This document shows, one piece after another, positions 36,961-49,246 of a DNA stretch of 64,000 bases. A program made the translations under genes and the position numbers. Source of the DNA: Neoechinorhynchus agilis (lineage: Eukaryota; Animalia; Acanthocephala); assembly GCA_051530055.1 (NCBI GenBank), contig CM121341.1, positions 12,254,784 through 12,318,783 of the forward strand, written 5' to 3'. Positions within the stretch are counted from its first letter, which is position 1; every line of letters starts with the position of its first letter. The notes under the pieces are model-generated. The model was not told where the DNA came from and ran no database searches. It was given only the letters and a program-made list of their open reading frames with translations.

Positions 36961-37839
36961 ATGTTCGCTAAACAACTTCTCAATCACGTTTTGAACGATA
37001 TTCGCATAATTCATACCGCGAGGTAACATGTAACATGCGTTGAAGACAATCGCCAATTTTCGATCTCAATTTTTAAGTTCACTGAAGCGTCTACAAATGG
37101 GTATACCCAGTCCGAATATTCAGACAACATCGATTTCGTTTCCAGTTAATGAAAATCCAGATAAAATATTTATTACAGGTCTTAAAGAACATGCATTTAT
37201 AATCAATCGAACTTTGACCGTTTATGGTCCAATAATATGTTTTCCTTGGCATATCCTTCATTGGAATGTAAGTATAGTTTCTAATGATCTTCATGCAAAA
37301 ACTAAAAGGTTTCTGACGTAAGTTCAATCAATGCTGAATCTTTATGCCTATTGTCTGTTCTTTATCCAAAGCCAGGTAAATGAAAGTCTTGCTTAACATT
37401 TAATAATATTTAGCGTTAAAAGATTTGTTTATTCTTGGAATAGGAGATAGTTGGAACCTACAAAAACCCATTGGTAAAAATAGCTCAGCAATGTCTCTAG
37501 AGTCTATGAAGGAGATCCGGAGTTTTTTAACAAAACACAGTATCACACATGAAATTCTGCCTACAGTAAGAGAAAACGCCAAAAATTTATACTCTTATTG
37601 AAATCAAGGAAAAGGCGATTCAAGCTTTCAATGTCCTAAACTCCGAGTACCGTGTAGCCGTGGCTGCAATGTTGCCCGTGCGACAACTTCGGCGTAGTCA
37701 ATTGGATTCGCACACTTTTGAGAATATTGGAAAGCCTTTGCGATTTCCTGAGGTTAAGTATCATAACGAGGAATTAGAAAAGTATCATGAAAAAATTGGA
37801 CAACGATTGGACGACGCTATAAAACCGAAAAATGATTAG
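36961..37839 (+). CDS. NDUFAF3: Complex I assembly factor NDUFAF3 (Mth938 domain), 5 exons
   Basis: Spliced by GT-AG introns: AFIINRTLTVYGPIICFPWHILHWNV...FILGIG...HEILPTEKAIQAFNVLNSEYRVAVAAMLP. Confidence 0.85.
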
Positions 37840-38632
37840 ATTATAGTTTAAAACGGTATCAAATGCATTAGAAATTCTTTAAGGTGTGGGTTTGCAATAC
37901 CTATGAATTCCCTGGTAATAACCAGAGTGGCGCCGGGCCGAATAGAGAGGTTTTACCACTTATCATCGAAAAGGTAACCCTTAAACGATTTAAAATCAAT
38001 TTAACGAATCTTTTTTGTGATCCGTCTTTTATTTTTGCATTCTATTCTATCGAGGTATTCATCTCTAACAAAGATAAAATTTTATGGATTTTAGATCACT
38101 GATTTAAGTGATTATATCTACGTCTTCAATTTATAACCGGAAGCAAAAGACTGACCGCTTCAAAGCTGTCAAAAATGTAAATACGATTTACTGCTTCTTG
38201 AATAAGACAATTTATGGCGAACGTTGCATTGTATGGGTCCGTCCGATGAACGGTAAAAGACCACTTAGACTACATTTTCCACCATATAGCATTTTCCAGC
38301 AAAAGCGTCTGCGTCTTTCAATCTTATCTTTTTACACCAATGAAGTTACCAATGGTTTAATTTATGCTTGAAGATTGAATTGTTCGTGTTTTATTTGGCG
38401 GAAAAATTGAAGTAATTTATTTATTGAGTCCGCTATTTTGCCACAATCTTGTGTAATTTATATTGTTTTATTTACTAAATGTAAAAATATTTAAGAACTT
38501 GACTAACATGTTATATGGGATTTTTCAGATCGCTTCTATTGATTCTTGGCAATTTGCTTAGTTGTATACGTTTATTTCTATAGCCGGGAATCAAAATCAT
38601 AACCAGACGAACTTTTTAATTTCGACAAAATC

Positions 38633-38674
38633 TTACCAACATCCATACCACCGCTCTGGATCACTTAGCTGCCC
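38633..38674 (-). mobile_element. Extreme 3' tip of a CRE element
   Basis: GQLSDPERWYGCW* matches the RQLSDPERWCGCL* end of the element at 63266. Confidence 0.7.
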
Positions 38675-39177
38675 AGAATCTTTTAAATACGCTTTGACAA
38701 GGATTAGATATATCGCAGTATTGCGCTTATTATTGATCTTAGAAATAACTATTAAGAAATAAGGCAATATTGCAGTTTTGCTAGGATCATAATGTGAAAT
38801 CATTCGTTCTCAAAATCGAGACATATAAGCCTCGGGAAAAATCTTATCTTGCAAAGGGATACACATTTCAAATATTTCCAATAAACATTTTTCTTTGTTT
38901 TACTATTGTTATTTATCGGTAAATAACCATGTTTACTTGACTATCGTATGTTCCTTCGAACCTTTTCAGGAACGATTTCAATAGACTATAAATCGATCCC
39001 TGCTCATAATCTCACACTCGTTTTAATACTTGTTCAAAGCCTTTTCCTACGCGGCTGTAAGAGATTTGACTTGAAAGAAAACCTTAATGTGACTATAAGC
39101 ACAAGAGTGAAGACTTGCGAATAAAAAACTGCCCCCCTTTCAAAAAGAACCATCCTACATTTTAGCCATATTCTTAA

Positions 39178-40947
39178 ATGCAGTCCGTAAAGCCGGTATT
39201 GACACTTATGAACTGTATGCTGGGAGTAACACTACTATCAATGCCTTATTGCTTTCAGGAGGTTTGAATAAAATTTTGTTAAAAGCGTAAACCATTATCG
39301 TTTTTCCCCACAAAATAGGCCGGTATCATTCTCAGTCCCATTCTTTTATTCGTCAGCTACAAAATGAGCACTTCAACTTCTTGGGCACTAGTTCAGTCCT
39401 GTAGACAAAGCGGATGCATTTCATCTTATGATAAAGTAGCCGGTGTGCTGCTTGGACACCGGACGCAAAGAGCAGTCCAAATTTGGTGAGTAGCTGACAA
39501 TTGTGTGTGTAGAAAACATTATTCCCTCACGAAATCCTTTAGTATATCCTCAATGATGATGGGAATATTGGTTGCCTATCAAAAAGCCATTGGTGATTCA
39601 GTTCAAGCGATTGCAGTTACGCTCTTTCCGGTCCGTACACATGATAAAAAACCAGAGCTGATCATTTCGTGATTTAGGAATTGGCAAGAGTTTCCTTTTT
39701 ATGGTCGATTGGTCTTATCGCCTCAACTGCAACAATCGGTCTCCCGCTATCATTATTGGAAAAAGTTGCTATGCTCACTCCGTTTTGCTTCTGTGCTGTT
39801 GCACTCTATATAATGTTTGGAATATTCGTTAGTGTCCATTTATAACCAATCAAAAGTGTGGCTAGACTTTAACGCTCCAACAGGTGTCATCTTTGGCCGT
39901 TGAACCATTCTTTAATCTGAACTCTATGCAAAAGTCGATCACTTCATTGAATTTATTTTCACTCCAAAAATCAGTCCACATATTTCCAATTTTTTTATTG
40001 GCTTTATCATGTCATAGGTACGTTTAAATCAATCTAGAGGATGACTAATGAATCTCGTTCTTTCTCCCAGTTGGCTTCTGACAATATATTCCGAACTTGG
40101 AGATACTAGTGTTTCTGAATTTGAATGGATCTTCACCACTGCTACCGCATCGTCGACTATTATTTATGGAATCGTAAGTATCGCTCCTTGCTCATGCAAC
40201 CCGAGCATACAACGACAAATACTGCCGCCCATCTTTAGACTGGTTTTTGTGGATACGTGGGACTGGGAATTCAAGGAATTAAGCTCCAAGGAAATGTAGT
40301 GAGCGTCTTAACTAGAAATTCACCTTCGTATACGTTTGTGGATGTAATCATAGCAACAACGTGTTTGCTTTCAGTTCCACTCGTGGTGAATCCATGCCGG
40401 CAAAATCTTTATGATCTTTTGTTCGAAACAGAAAATGTTAAAGATCAATAATATTGGTTTTTTGCTCATGCAAATTTGTTTAGACTTCAACTCGTGCTCT
40501 CCCCTTTGACATCGCAGCCAATATAAAGGAAATTAATCGATATATTAGAATTAGAGAGCGCCATAAGACTCTAACCATTGCAATCTTATGCTTTTCAACA
40601 ATATTGTGCATTTTGGCAACCAATCGTAAGTCGCGTGTTTGAGTGTCGCCCGAAATCGAATAATCCAACGTATCGCAGTACAATCTGTATTGACAGTTGT
40701 TGGATCCCTTTTCGGCTCATTTTTGAGCCTTATTCTACCAAGTGCAATGTTAATTATTGCTCGCAAAAAAGGTAAGAACAAATCGGATTGAACCTATAGT
40801 AACAAAAAACGTATTTTAGAAAACTTTAACGACCTCAACAAGACCAGATTCTTAAAGGCGTGTTTCGTAACCGGAGCATTCACCGTCCTCATGAGCATAA
40901 TGACAATCTCATGCGAATCCCGAAAGTTTATACGATGGCTAATATGA
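39178..40947 (+). CDS. SLC38A10/A11-like amino-acid transporter, ~11 exons
   Basis: Spliced translation MQSVKPVLTLMNCMLGVTLLSMPYCFQEAGIILSPILL...AYQKAIGD...LPLSLL...SVPLVVNPCRQ...VGSLFGSFLSLILPS; all introns GT-AG. Confidence 0.85.
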
Positions 40948-41764
40948 GCATTATAAACAAAATAAATAATTACGCCCCAAGTAGATACGTTGGATTTAAA
41001 AATTATCTTTTGCCCTCATTTGTCCGTCTAATAAATTAAAAAAAAGAGCAAACAAACATATATTTATCGAAAGTAACGACGACAAGAATAAACTGGTGCT
41101 TTTAACGTTAAATTTTTTAGCTGTTGTTCACTTTCTCGCGCGAGTATAGAATCTCAACAATGGTTTCTGGGTTTATTTTGCGGAATTTTTACAATTCACA
41201 ACTTTAGAAAAGCGGTCATCCGATTAAGGAAGGTCAGCATCGTTTGATAAGATCCTTCCCAGAAAGTGCCATCCTCGAGAAAATCAAAACGACCACAGAA
41301 TCGCCCCACTTCACAATAAAACATCTCTTAGACAGGAGTTTAACAATTTGCGTCCTCTTGTAGGGAACACTGGCGACAAATTTTAATGCAACGATAATGT
41401 AGGAAATTTATTCGTAATTGTGGTCGACAAAGATCGCCACGGATATGTACAGTTTTGCCTATTTTCATTGCACTCTGACCTATGTATGTCGGTTCTATCT
41501 CATTATTGATTTATGTGCTAACACAAAAATCAAAATCGTTTCTATGGCAAAAATTTATCATCTCGATCGGATTCGTGATATTTTTGTAGTCTTCATGGAG
41601 AAGCAAAAGACAATCAATAGCAAAATTGTTATTAGCAAACTTACTTGTCCTTTGGAAAATTCTGGTAAGCGATGGCGTTTTGATTCATCAAATTTTTGTT
41701 GGTCAGCGTCGCATTAAAGTTTTCTTTTATAGCAAATGGTCTTAACGAATCAATTGCTTTAGAT

Positions 41765-43531
41765 ATGATTTTGAACCTGAAAAATCAGGTTTATGAGGAG
41801 GTTATCGAGGATTGTAGAAAGCACGGGAAGCTCTTCGTGGACAAGACTTTTCCGGCCAACAAATCTTCACTTGGAAAAGTGAATCAGAAAGTTGAATGGC
41901 ATAGACCAAAAGAATTATATGAGTCACCCGTTTTCTTGGAGGAAACCAGCCCTGAAGGAATTAGGCAAAGTTTTTATTTATCAAACTGTTGGTTCGCAGC
42001 CGCAATCTCTGCTTTGATGGACCACAGAACAGCCCTTGAGTTCACAACGCCAAATGGTCAAGGTTTCGCAGATAAACAATACTTTGGGGTTTTTCGTTTT
42101 CGCTTCAACCAACATGGCACGAGAATCGAAGTTGTCGTGGACGATCAACTGCCTTTTGTTACAGAGAACGGACAAAGGACAATGATGGCGATGGGAAACG
42201 CATTGAACCCGATCGATTTTTGGTTGCCTCTGATCGAAAAAGCATATGCGAAAATTCGAGGGGGCTATTGGACGATGAACTTCGGATTGCCCAGTGAAGC
42301 GATGGGCGATTTAATGGACGGATTGCCTGAAAAACTCAATTTACGACTCAAGTCTTTGACAAGTGAATGGATCCGGACTCACATAGAAAGAACAATAAGC
42401 GAAGGTGGAATAATTGTAGGTTCAACGATATCGTCCGAGAACACAGTGAGGGCGAACGAAATCGCAAACAATCACTCTTATTCGATACATAGAGCGGAGA
42501 AAGTCTCGTTTGGAACATTTGGAAGCAGTCTTATTTTACTAAAGAATCCATGGAGCGATGGAACGACATGGAGCGGAAAATGGGCTTGGAAAGATTTTGT
42601 TTGGCAACAGATCGGCAGTTCGGAGCGTTTACTCCTTGGCTTCGAAAACTTCGAAAAATCCGGGATGTTTTGGATGGAAGCAACGGATTTTATTGCTCAA
42701 TTCGATACGGTTGACTTTATCCATCGATCTCCGTGTTCATTAGTTCATAGAAATCCCACGGATTGTATCAGTACAACGGAATGGGTTACGAGTTATCACT
42801 GGGGAATCTGGCTGAGCGAAAATCGACCAAATGGAAGTCGTACTTTTTGGGAAAACCCAAGAACGATTTTCAGGATTGAGTCTTCATCTAAATCTACTTA
42901 CATTTATTTAAGATTGAATCAAATGTACCGAAGGCAGAATAAACACCATGAACAACACGATTTCGAATTTATCCAATTGATTTTGTGTCGAACAAAGACG
43001 TCAATCGAAATGCCATTAAAATGGATTACGTTCAATACGCCCGCGAACTTCGAATTAATCGCAACGTCCGGGCCATATTGCAATCTGAGAGAAATTTCGA
43101 TTCTAACGACAATAACAGACGGATGGTATATTGTTTTGAGTTGTCTAAAGAATGTTGTTGCAACTAAAGAGTTTATTTTGACAGTGACAAGTGAGGCGAG
43201 CATTCAATTCTTTGATTTATCGGAGAATGCTCTCGAGTCGTTATCAGTGACGAGTTTTATGAAAGTAGACGATATTAAGAACCACAGAGAGAGGATTCTC
43301 AAAGGCGATCGAGTAGAGGAAATCGACGTTTTCGACGTTTCAAAAAACGAGGTTCGAAGCAACAGCTCTGTTTTATCAGATATTTTTTCAGATGAAGGAA
43401 TGAATGAACCTAAAAAGAAAATAAGTCGTTGGAGCAAATTTAAGAAAAGAGCAAGGAAGGCGTTTGGCTTTCTTTGGAAAGGTCTACAAAGAATGAATTG
43501 TCTTCGTCCTTTATTGGAATTTGAAAAATGA
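41765..43531 (+). CDS. Intronless calpain (CysPc + domain III, no penta-EF hand), copy 1
   Basis: FVDKTFPAN, catalytic C in LSNCWFAAAI, VVVDDQLP, FWLPLIEKAYAK, H in NHSYSI, N in LKNPW, FWENP. First in-frame ATG at 41765. Confidence 0.92.
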   Translation: MILNLKNQVYEEVIEDCRKHGKLFVDKTFPANKSSLGKVNQKVEWHRPKELYESPVFLEETSPEGIRQSFYLSNCWFAAAISALMDHRTALEFTTPNGQGFADKQYFGVFRFRFNQHGTRIEVVVDDQLPFVTENGQRTMMAMGNALNPIDFWLPLIEKAYAKIRGGYWTMNFGLPSEAMGDLMDGLPEKLNLRLKSLTSEWIRTHIERTISEGGIIVGSTISSENTVRANEIANNHSYSIHRAEKVSFGTFGSSLILLKNPWSDGTTWSGKWAWKDFVWQQIGSSERLLLGFENFEKSGMFWMEATDFIAQFDTVDFIHRSPCSLVHRNPTDCISTTEWVTSYHWGIWLSENRPNGSRTFWENPRTIFRIESSSKSTYIYLRLNQMYRRQNKHHEQHDFEFIQLILCRTKTSIEMPLKWITFNTPANFELIATSGPYCNLREISILTTITDGWYIVLSCLKNVVATKEFILTVTSEASIQFFDLSENALESLSVTSFMKVDDIKNHRERILKGDRVEEIDVFDVSKNEVRSNSSVLSDIFSDEGMNEPKKKISRWSKFKKRARKAFGFLWKGLQRMNCLRPLLEFEK

Positions 43532-44108
43532 AACTACGAGTGAACGGTGCATATATAGAAAAATCTCGCGTTCACTTAGAGAAGTCGCGAATTTCGGGAA
43601 ATCAAAACTTTTGGTTAAACCAAATGTATTTTTGAGGAGGATCGTTGGGTGTATCATAAAAGACTTAAATCTTGTCAAGCCTCGAATTTAAATATCAAAA
43701 TCTACTGACTGTCGACGCTTGAGATATTTGCCGGTGACTTGTTTCCTTCAAAATATATCAACTGCGACGGATTTATTATCCGCCTTTGATTAAACTTTGA
43801 CGCCGGAAACTATTAGCTGCTATAGATTATTCAATTATTTTCGTGGCGCAGGATTCGACTTTATACTGCTCATTAAAAAGATTAAAATCGTTGTATCAGA
43901 TGAACAGTCACTCTGAACTTTTAAATAATCAAGAATGTTATCGTGATTGATGACGATTCCTTAAACTTGCGTATTACTTCAATTCGAAATTAAATTTAAT
44001 AAAAACAACTCACGATAGCTCAATTTTTCCTAGCGCAAATAGAAACTGTAAACAAATTCAAAATGTAATCCTGTTTGCTTAGTTCTCCAAGTGAACACGT
44101 CGAGGCAA

Positions 44109-44681
44109 ATGAGCAATAGAGAGTGCTGCAAACCAGTGTACCATCGAATAAAAATGCTCTTGCAATGGATCGAGAAGATTCGCCTTAATCCGGAGAAGAT
44201 CATGCAAACCGTTCACGAGATTCACGATCTTTTAGACCGTAAAGGCACTTTCAAGGGAAAAATCAATCGGAAGGAAATTGCTGCGTACCTGTACGTTGCA
44301 TGCAAACGGAATCGCAGACCGAGAAGCCTGTTCGAATTCTCCAAGGTTTGCAAGATATCTCGAGCAGAACTTCATCAAAAGGTTTCTATCATCCTTAAGG
44401 CCTTGGATGATAAATTTCCCTGTTCAAACGAAATGGATTATCTCAAAGAAGGTTGCATTCGATTAAGACTGAACACCGAAATTGAGGAAAAAGCTCAACA
44501 ACTTTTGAACATGTGGTGTGTTGGCTTTCTTGCATCGACTAGAGCTGCGTCGGCGATTGTTGTCGCAGCCGAAAAATATGGTTCGAAGCTTCAAATTGAA
44601 CAAGTTGCTGATGGACTAGCAGTGTCCGTACGAACCATGAAAAATTGCATAAGGCGATATTCAAGAAACTCAAGAATTTGA
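44109..44681 (+). CDS. TFIIB-like cyclin-fold protein lacking the N-terminal Zn ribbon, copy 1
   Basis: IAAYLYVACKRNRRPRSLFEF..ILKAL and AASAIVVAA..VADGLAVSVRTM match the two TFIIB core repeats. Confidence 0.8.
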   Translation: MSNRECCKPVYHRIKMLLQWIEKIRLNPEKIMQTVHEIHDLLDRKGTFKGKINRKEIAAYLYVACKRNRRPRSLFEFSKVCKISRAELHQKVSIILKALDDKFPCSNEMDYLKEGCIRLRLNTEIEEKAQQLLNMWCVGFLASTRAASAIVVAAEKYGSKLQIEQVADGLAVSVRTMKNCIRRYSRNSRI

Positions 44682-45772
44682 TTTGACGCGTTGTTGAAAT
44701 TTGCAGATTTTTAATAAATTTTTACAATTAATGCGGCATTGAGTTTTGAATACACTATAGGCTCCAAACTATTTCTCAATTCGCTCCTGCTAAATATCAA
44801 TTGAAGAACATTTCAACTAAGCCGTCACCGAAATTTGCATCGTTTTTGAGCTCGTGAGGTAGGCAATCAAAGTCTTAATAGGTAAGATTTTATTTAAAGA
44901 GCCTTCGATGCTGCATACTTTTAACTACGAATTACTATCACAGAGGTTATGGGACGGATGTGATAGATGGAAGATTTATTAAATGTTCTATTTAATGCGA
45001 TGTAGACATGCACGTCTAATAAAATGTTTAAATAGTCTTTTTCGTTTCTATTCGCGCAAAGTAGAATTATTCAACAATTTCAAATACTTAGTGATGCACT
45101 GAAGTTTTCTCGATAGACATTGCATATTTTGCTTCTTAGCCAATAGCAATGCGTATTAAAAATGAAATTACAAATTTATGCTTTTGCCGAACTTAATCGC
45201 AGTTTAATGACCATTCCATTTTGTATATTGCGAAACGTCTTCAACGTGAGACGGAAAACCAGTAAAACGCTCAAACAATTAGCGTAACACACAAAAAGAT
45301 TCATCGAACAAATTTATGTAATTTAAAAAATCCGTTTGCGCTGTAAATCCGTGAAATAAAGAATAGTTACTTTCCAGATTTTCGTCGATTATTAGAAAAA
45401 CCAAAATTTATTTTATGGCGCATTGGACGATTTCATAGGTTTCACGAGTATTCTTTAATGTTTTGAATTGGATTTGTGGATGTTTTGGTTATCACTTTAC
45501 CAACAAAAATTGTAATGAACAATACCCAAAGTTTTGGAATGATTTAATCTGATTTTCGAAACTTTTGATTCAAGTTATCGGGACACATTAAAAAATTAAA
45601 ATTATGAAAAGAGCGGCTTTCGATTGACTAATTTCTGGACATTGGCCTAACTCTCGTTTGCGAAATTCAAATATGAAAGCATTTAAAAGGCGTTAATTAA
45701 TTTTTCCTAGACAGAGAAATCTAACGTTGCGACTTAGCCGAAGACAGGTTAGGTATTGAAATTATTTCGGTC

Positions 45773-45915
45773 GATATTGCGCAAAAAATAAGCATTGCGG
45801 TGCAGCGGGGCAATGCGGCCAGCATTTTGGCCAGCGCCAATGAATAGGAGCGTCGGAGAAACTATAAATTATGTATGCTTGCTTTTGGTTAAATAAAACT
45901 TCTTCAATTGAAAAA
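45773..45915 (+). mobile_element. 5'-truncated CRE insertion present only in duplication copy 1
   Basis: ILRKKISIAVQRGNAASILASANE* followed by AATAAA and an A-run; absent at the equivalent site (~53255) in copy 2. Confidence 0.85.
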
Positions 45916-46625
45916 AATTAAATAATATTTTAATTTCCAATTCGTCTTCCATGGAAATGCTAAGACCTTTACCACTCGGAAAATAAAATCTTTTTTAATC
46001 TAATGATAAAGAGAATTTACAAAGGATGCCAGAATTTAAGATTTAAATTTGAAACAAATGCATCTTAAGCATTTCCGGTTTTTGTATTTAGATCGAATAA
46101 AATTTGGCAATGAAATTGCTGTAAATAGACTGTTTCTGTCCATTACTATTCTTCAGCGTCTCAAATTAGTGTGCTGATTTTTCAGTCTGAACTCGACGAA
46201 GAAATTCCTTTGGCAAAATAAGTCATAGTTACAACAAAAATTAGTTTCCATGTTCAAGGAAGGCATAAAAATCGTAAAGTGAGAACTTCGACGTATATTT
46301 TTCGGATCACACAAGTCAATTAGCTTTACGTCTTTGCTGCGAAAATTTGATATATTTTTTAATAAATAAGGAAGCGAAAATTTGTTAAACGTACTTTCTC
46401 AAACACCATTTTTAGCTGACTTGTGTTATCGAAAAATTTATAAACAAATGAAAAAACTAGATATTACAATTTTCTAATCATTGCTTTTTACTACACAGTA
46501 CCCTTCGTTGTTGATAAAATATTACCGATCAACTCGAAGGAAATATCGTTCCCAAGAATTTATCGCAACATATTAAAAATCAAAACTTAAAAGTGAGTAA
46601 AAAAGCAAATCTATATGAAAATCAG

Positions 46626-47150
46626 TTCGATTTTCTCGGGCCTCAAGATAAGTACGATCTTATGTTTGATCTTACCTGCGATGATGCCATCGCCGGCATC
46701 GAGGATTTTAATAAAATAATGATGATTTACGTGACAAACGATATCAAATATTCTGACCGCTTCTATGCATGGAAATGGATACTTATTAAGCAATTATGGA
46801 ATCTCATCGGAAGCTGAATTATACTATAAGCAATGATCTGAATAAAACGTGTCAGGGTAGAATTTATATCGTAAAAATTTTCAATGTATTCTATCGAGCC
46901 AAGGTAAAACTACGATTAATTTCAAGTGGACCGATTGGTATGTTGTTAATCGATTTAGGAAAAGAAGTCGACATCATGGACGATTCGATATATTCTTATC
47001 CATTACTCTGTCAACGGGACGCCAAAAAGGGCGATACGATGCAAACTTAACATTCCGGAACCAGCGTCAAAAGATCAGTTCAGAACTTCGTTTTCAAGGC
47101 TAAATTTCTTCACGTTGAAGTTAAATTTTATGTTCGACGCGTAGAATATT
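46626..47150 (+). pseudogene. Extended-Tudor (TDRD-type) domain remnant with two apparent frameshifts
   Basis: IYVTNDIKYSDRFYAW / GRIYIVKIFNVFYRAKV..LLIDLGKEV / AIRCKL lie in three different frames. Confidence 0.5.
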
Positions 47151-47301
47151 TCTTGAAAATATGTTTCAACTATGAAACAGCGAATCAAATGTATTCGAGC
47201 ATTTGGAATCGCAATTCTTTTAGTTAATTACCAAAAATATCACATTTATTAACTAACCGTGATCTAAAACTCTTAGACGTTTTTTCTTCGGGATCTGTTT
47301 G

Positions 47302-48430
47302 GGAATATTCGTTAGTGTCCATTTATAACCAATCAAAAGTGTGGCTAGACTTTAACGCTCCAACAGGTGTCATCTTTGGCCGTTGAACCATTCTTTAATC
47401 TGAACTCTATGCAAAAGTCGATCACTTCATTGAATTTATTTTCACTCCAAAAATCAGTCCACATATTTCCAATTTTTTTATTGGCTTTATCATGTCATAG
47501 GTACGTTTAAATCAATCTAGAGGATGACTAATGAATCTCGTTCTTTCTCCCAGTTGGCTTCTGACAATATATTCCGAACTTGGAGATACTAGTGTTTCTG
47601 AATTTGAATGGATCTTCACCACTGCTACCGCATCGTCGACTATTATTTATGGAATCGTAAGTATCGCTCCTTGCTCATGCAACCCGAGCATACAACGACA
47701 AATACTGCCGCCCATCTTTAGACTGGTTTTTGTGGATACGTGGGACTGGGAATTCAAGGAATTAAGCTCCAAGGAAATGTAGTGAGCGTCTTAACTAGAA
47801 ATTCACCTTCGTATACGTTTGTGGATGTAATCATAGCAACAACGTGTTTGCTTTCAGTTCCACTCGTGGTGAATCCATGCCGGCAAAATCTTTATGATCT
47901 TTTGTTCGAAACAGAAAATGTTAAAGATCAATAATATTGGTTTTTTGCTCATGCAAATTTGTTTAGACTTCAACTCGTGCTCTCCCCTTTGACATCGCAG
48001 CCAATATAAAGGAAATTAATCGATATATTAGAATTAGAGAGCGCCATAAGACTCTAACCATTGCAATCTTATGCTTTTCAACAATATTGTGCATTTTGGC
48101 AACCAATCGTAAGTCGCGTGTTTGAGTGTCGCCCGAAATCGAATAATCCAACGTATCGCAGTACAATCTGTATTGACAGTTGTTGGATCCCTTTTCGGCT
48201 CATTTTTGAGCCTTATTCTACCAAGTGCAATGTTAATTATTGCTCGCAAAAAAGGTAAGAACAAATCGGATTGAACCTATAGTAACAAAAAACGTATTTT
48301 AGAAAACTTTAACGACCTCAACAATACCAGATTCTTAAAGGCGTGTTTCGTAACCGGAGCATTCACCGTCCTCATGAGCATAATGACAATCTCATGCGAA
48401 TCCCGAAAGTTTATACGATGGCTAATATGA
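47302..48430 (+). pseudogene. 5'-truncated duplicate of the SLC38 transporter (3' exons only)
   Basis: The duplication starts 9 nt before an internal splice donor; the start codon and the first exons are missing. Confidence 0.85.
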
Positions 48431-49246
48431 GCATTATAAACAAAATAAATAATTACGCCCCAAGTAGATACGTTGGATTTAAAAATTATCTTTTGCCCTC
48501 ATTTGTCCGTCTAATAAATTAAAAAAAGAGCAAACAAACATATATTTATCGAAAGTAACGACGACAAGAATAAACTGGTGCTTTTAACGTTAAATTTTTT
48601 AGCTGTTGTTCACTTTCTCGCGCGAGTATAGAATCTCAACAATGGTTTCTGGGTTTATTTTGCGGAATTTTTACAATTCACAACTTTAGAAAAGCGGTCA
48701 TCCGATTAAGGAAGGTCAGCATCGTTTGATAAGATCCTTCCCAGAAAGTGCCATCCTCGAGAAAATCAAAACGACCACAGAATCGCCCCACTTCACAATA
48801 AAACATCTCTTAGACAGGAGTTTAACAATTTGCGTCCTCTTGTAGGGAACACTGGCGACAAATTTTAATGCAACGATAATGTAGGAAATTTATTCGTAAT
48901 TGTGGTCGACAAAGATCGCCACGGATATGTACAGTTTTGCCTATTTTCATTGCACTCTGACCTATGTATGTCGGTTCTATCTCATTATTGATTTATGTGC
49001 TAACACAAAAATCAAAATCGTTTCTATGGCAAAAATTTATCATCTCGATCGGATTCGTGATATTTTTGTAGTCTTCATGGAGAAGCAAAAGACAATCAAT
49101 AGCAAAATTGTTATTAGCAAACTTACTTGTCCTTTGGAAAATTCTGGTAAGCGATGGCGTTTTGATTCATCAAATTTTTGTTGGTCAGCGTCGCATTAAA
49201 GTTTTCTTTTATAGCAAATGGTCTTAACGAATCAATTGCTTTAGAT

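Larger units (their letters stand above)
39819..45974 (+). repeat. Segmental duplication copy 1 (~6.1 kb)
   Basis: Near-identical to 47302-53320; duplicated ORFs are offset by 7482-7483 bp. Confidence 0.97.

Noticed and set aside
37880-39060. Several GT/AG-bounded segments suggesting a small gene between NDUFAF3 and SLC38
   Set aside because: Could not assemble a stop-free frame or recognise a family.
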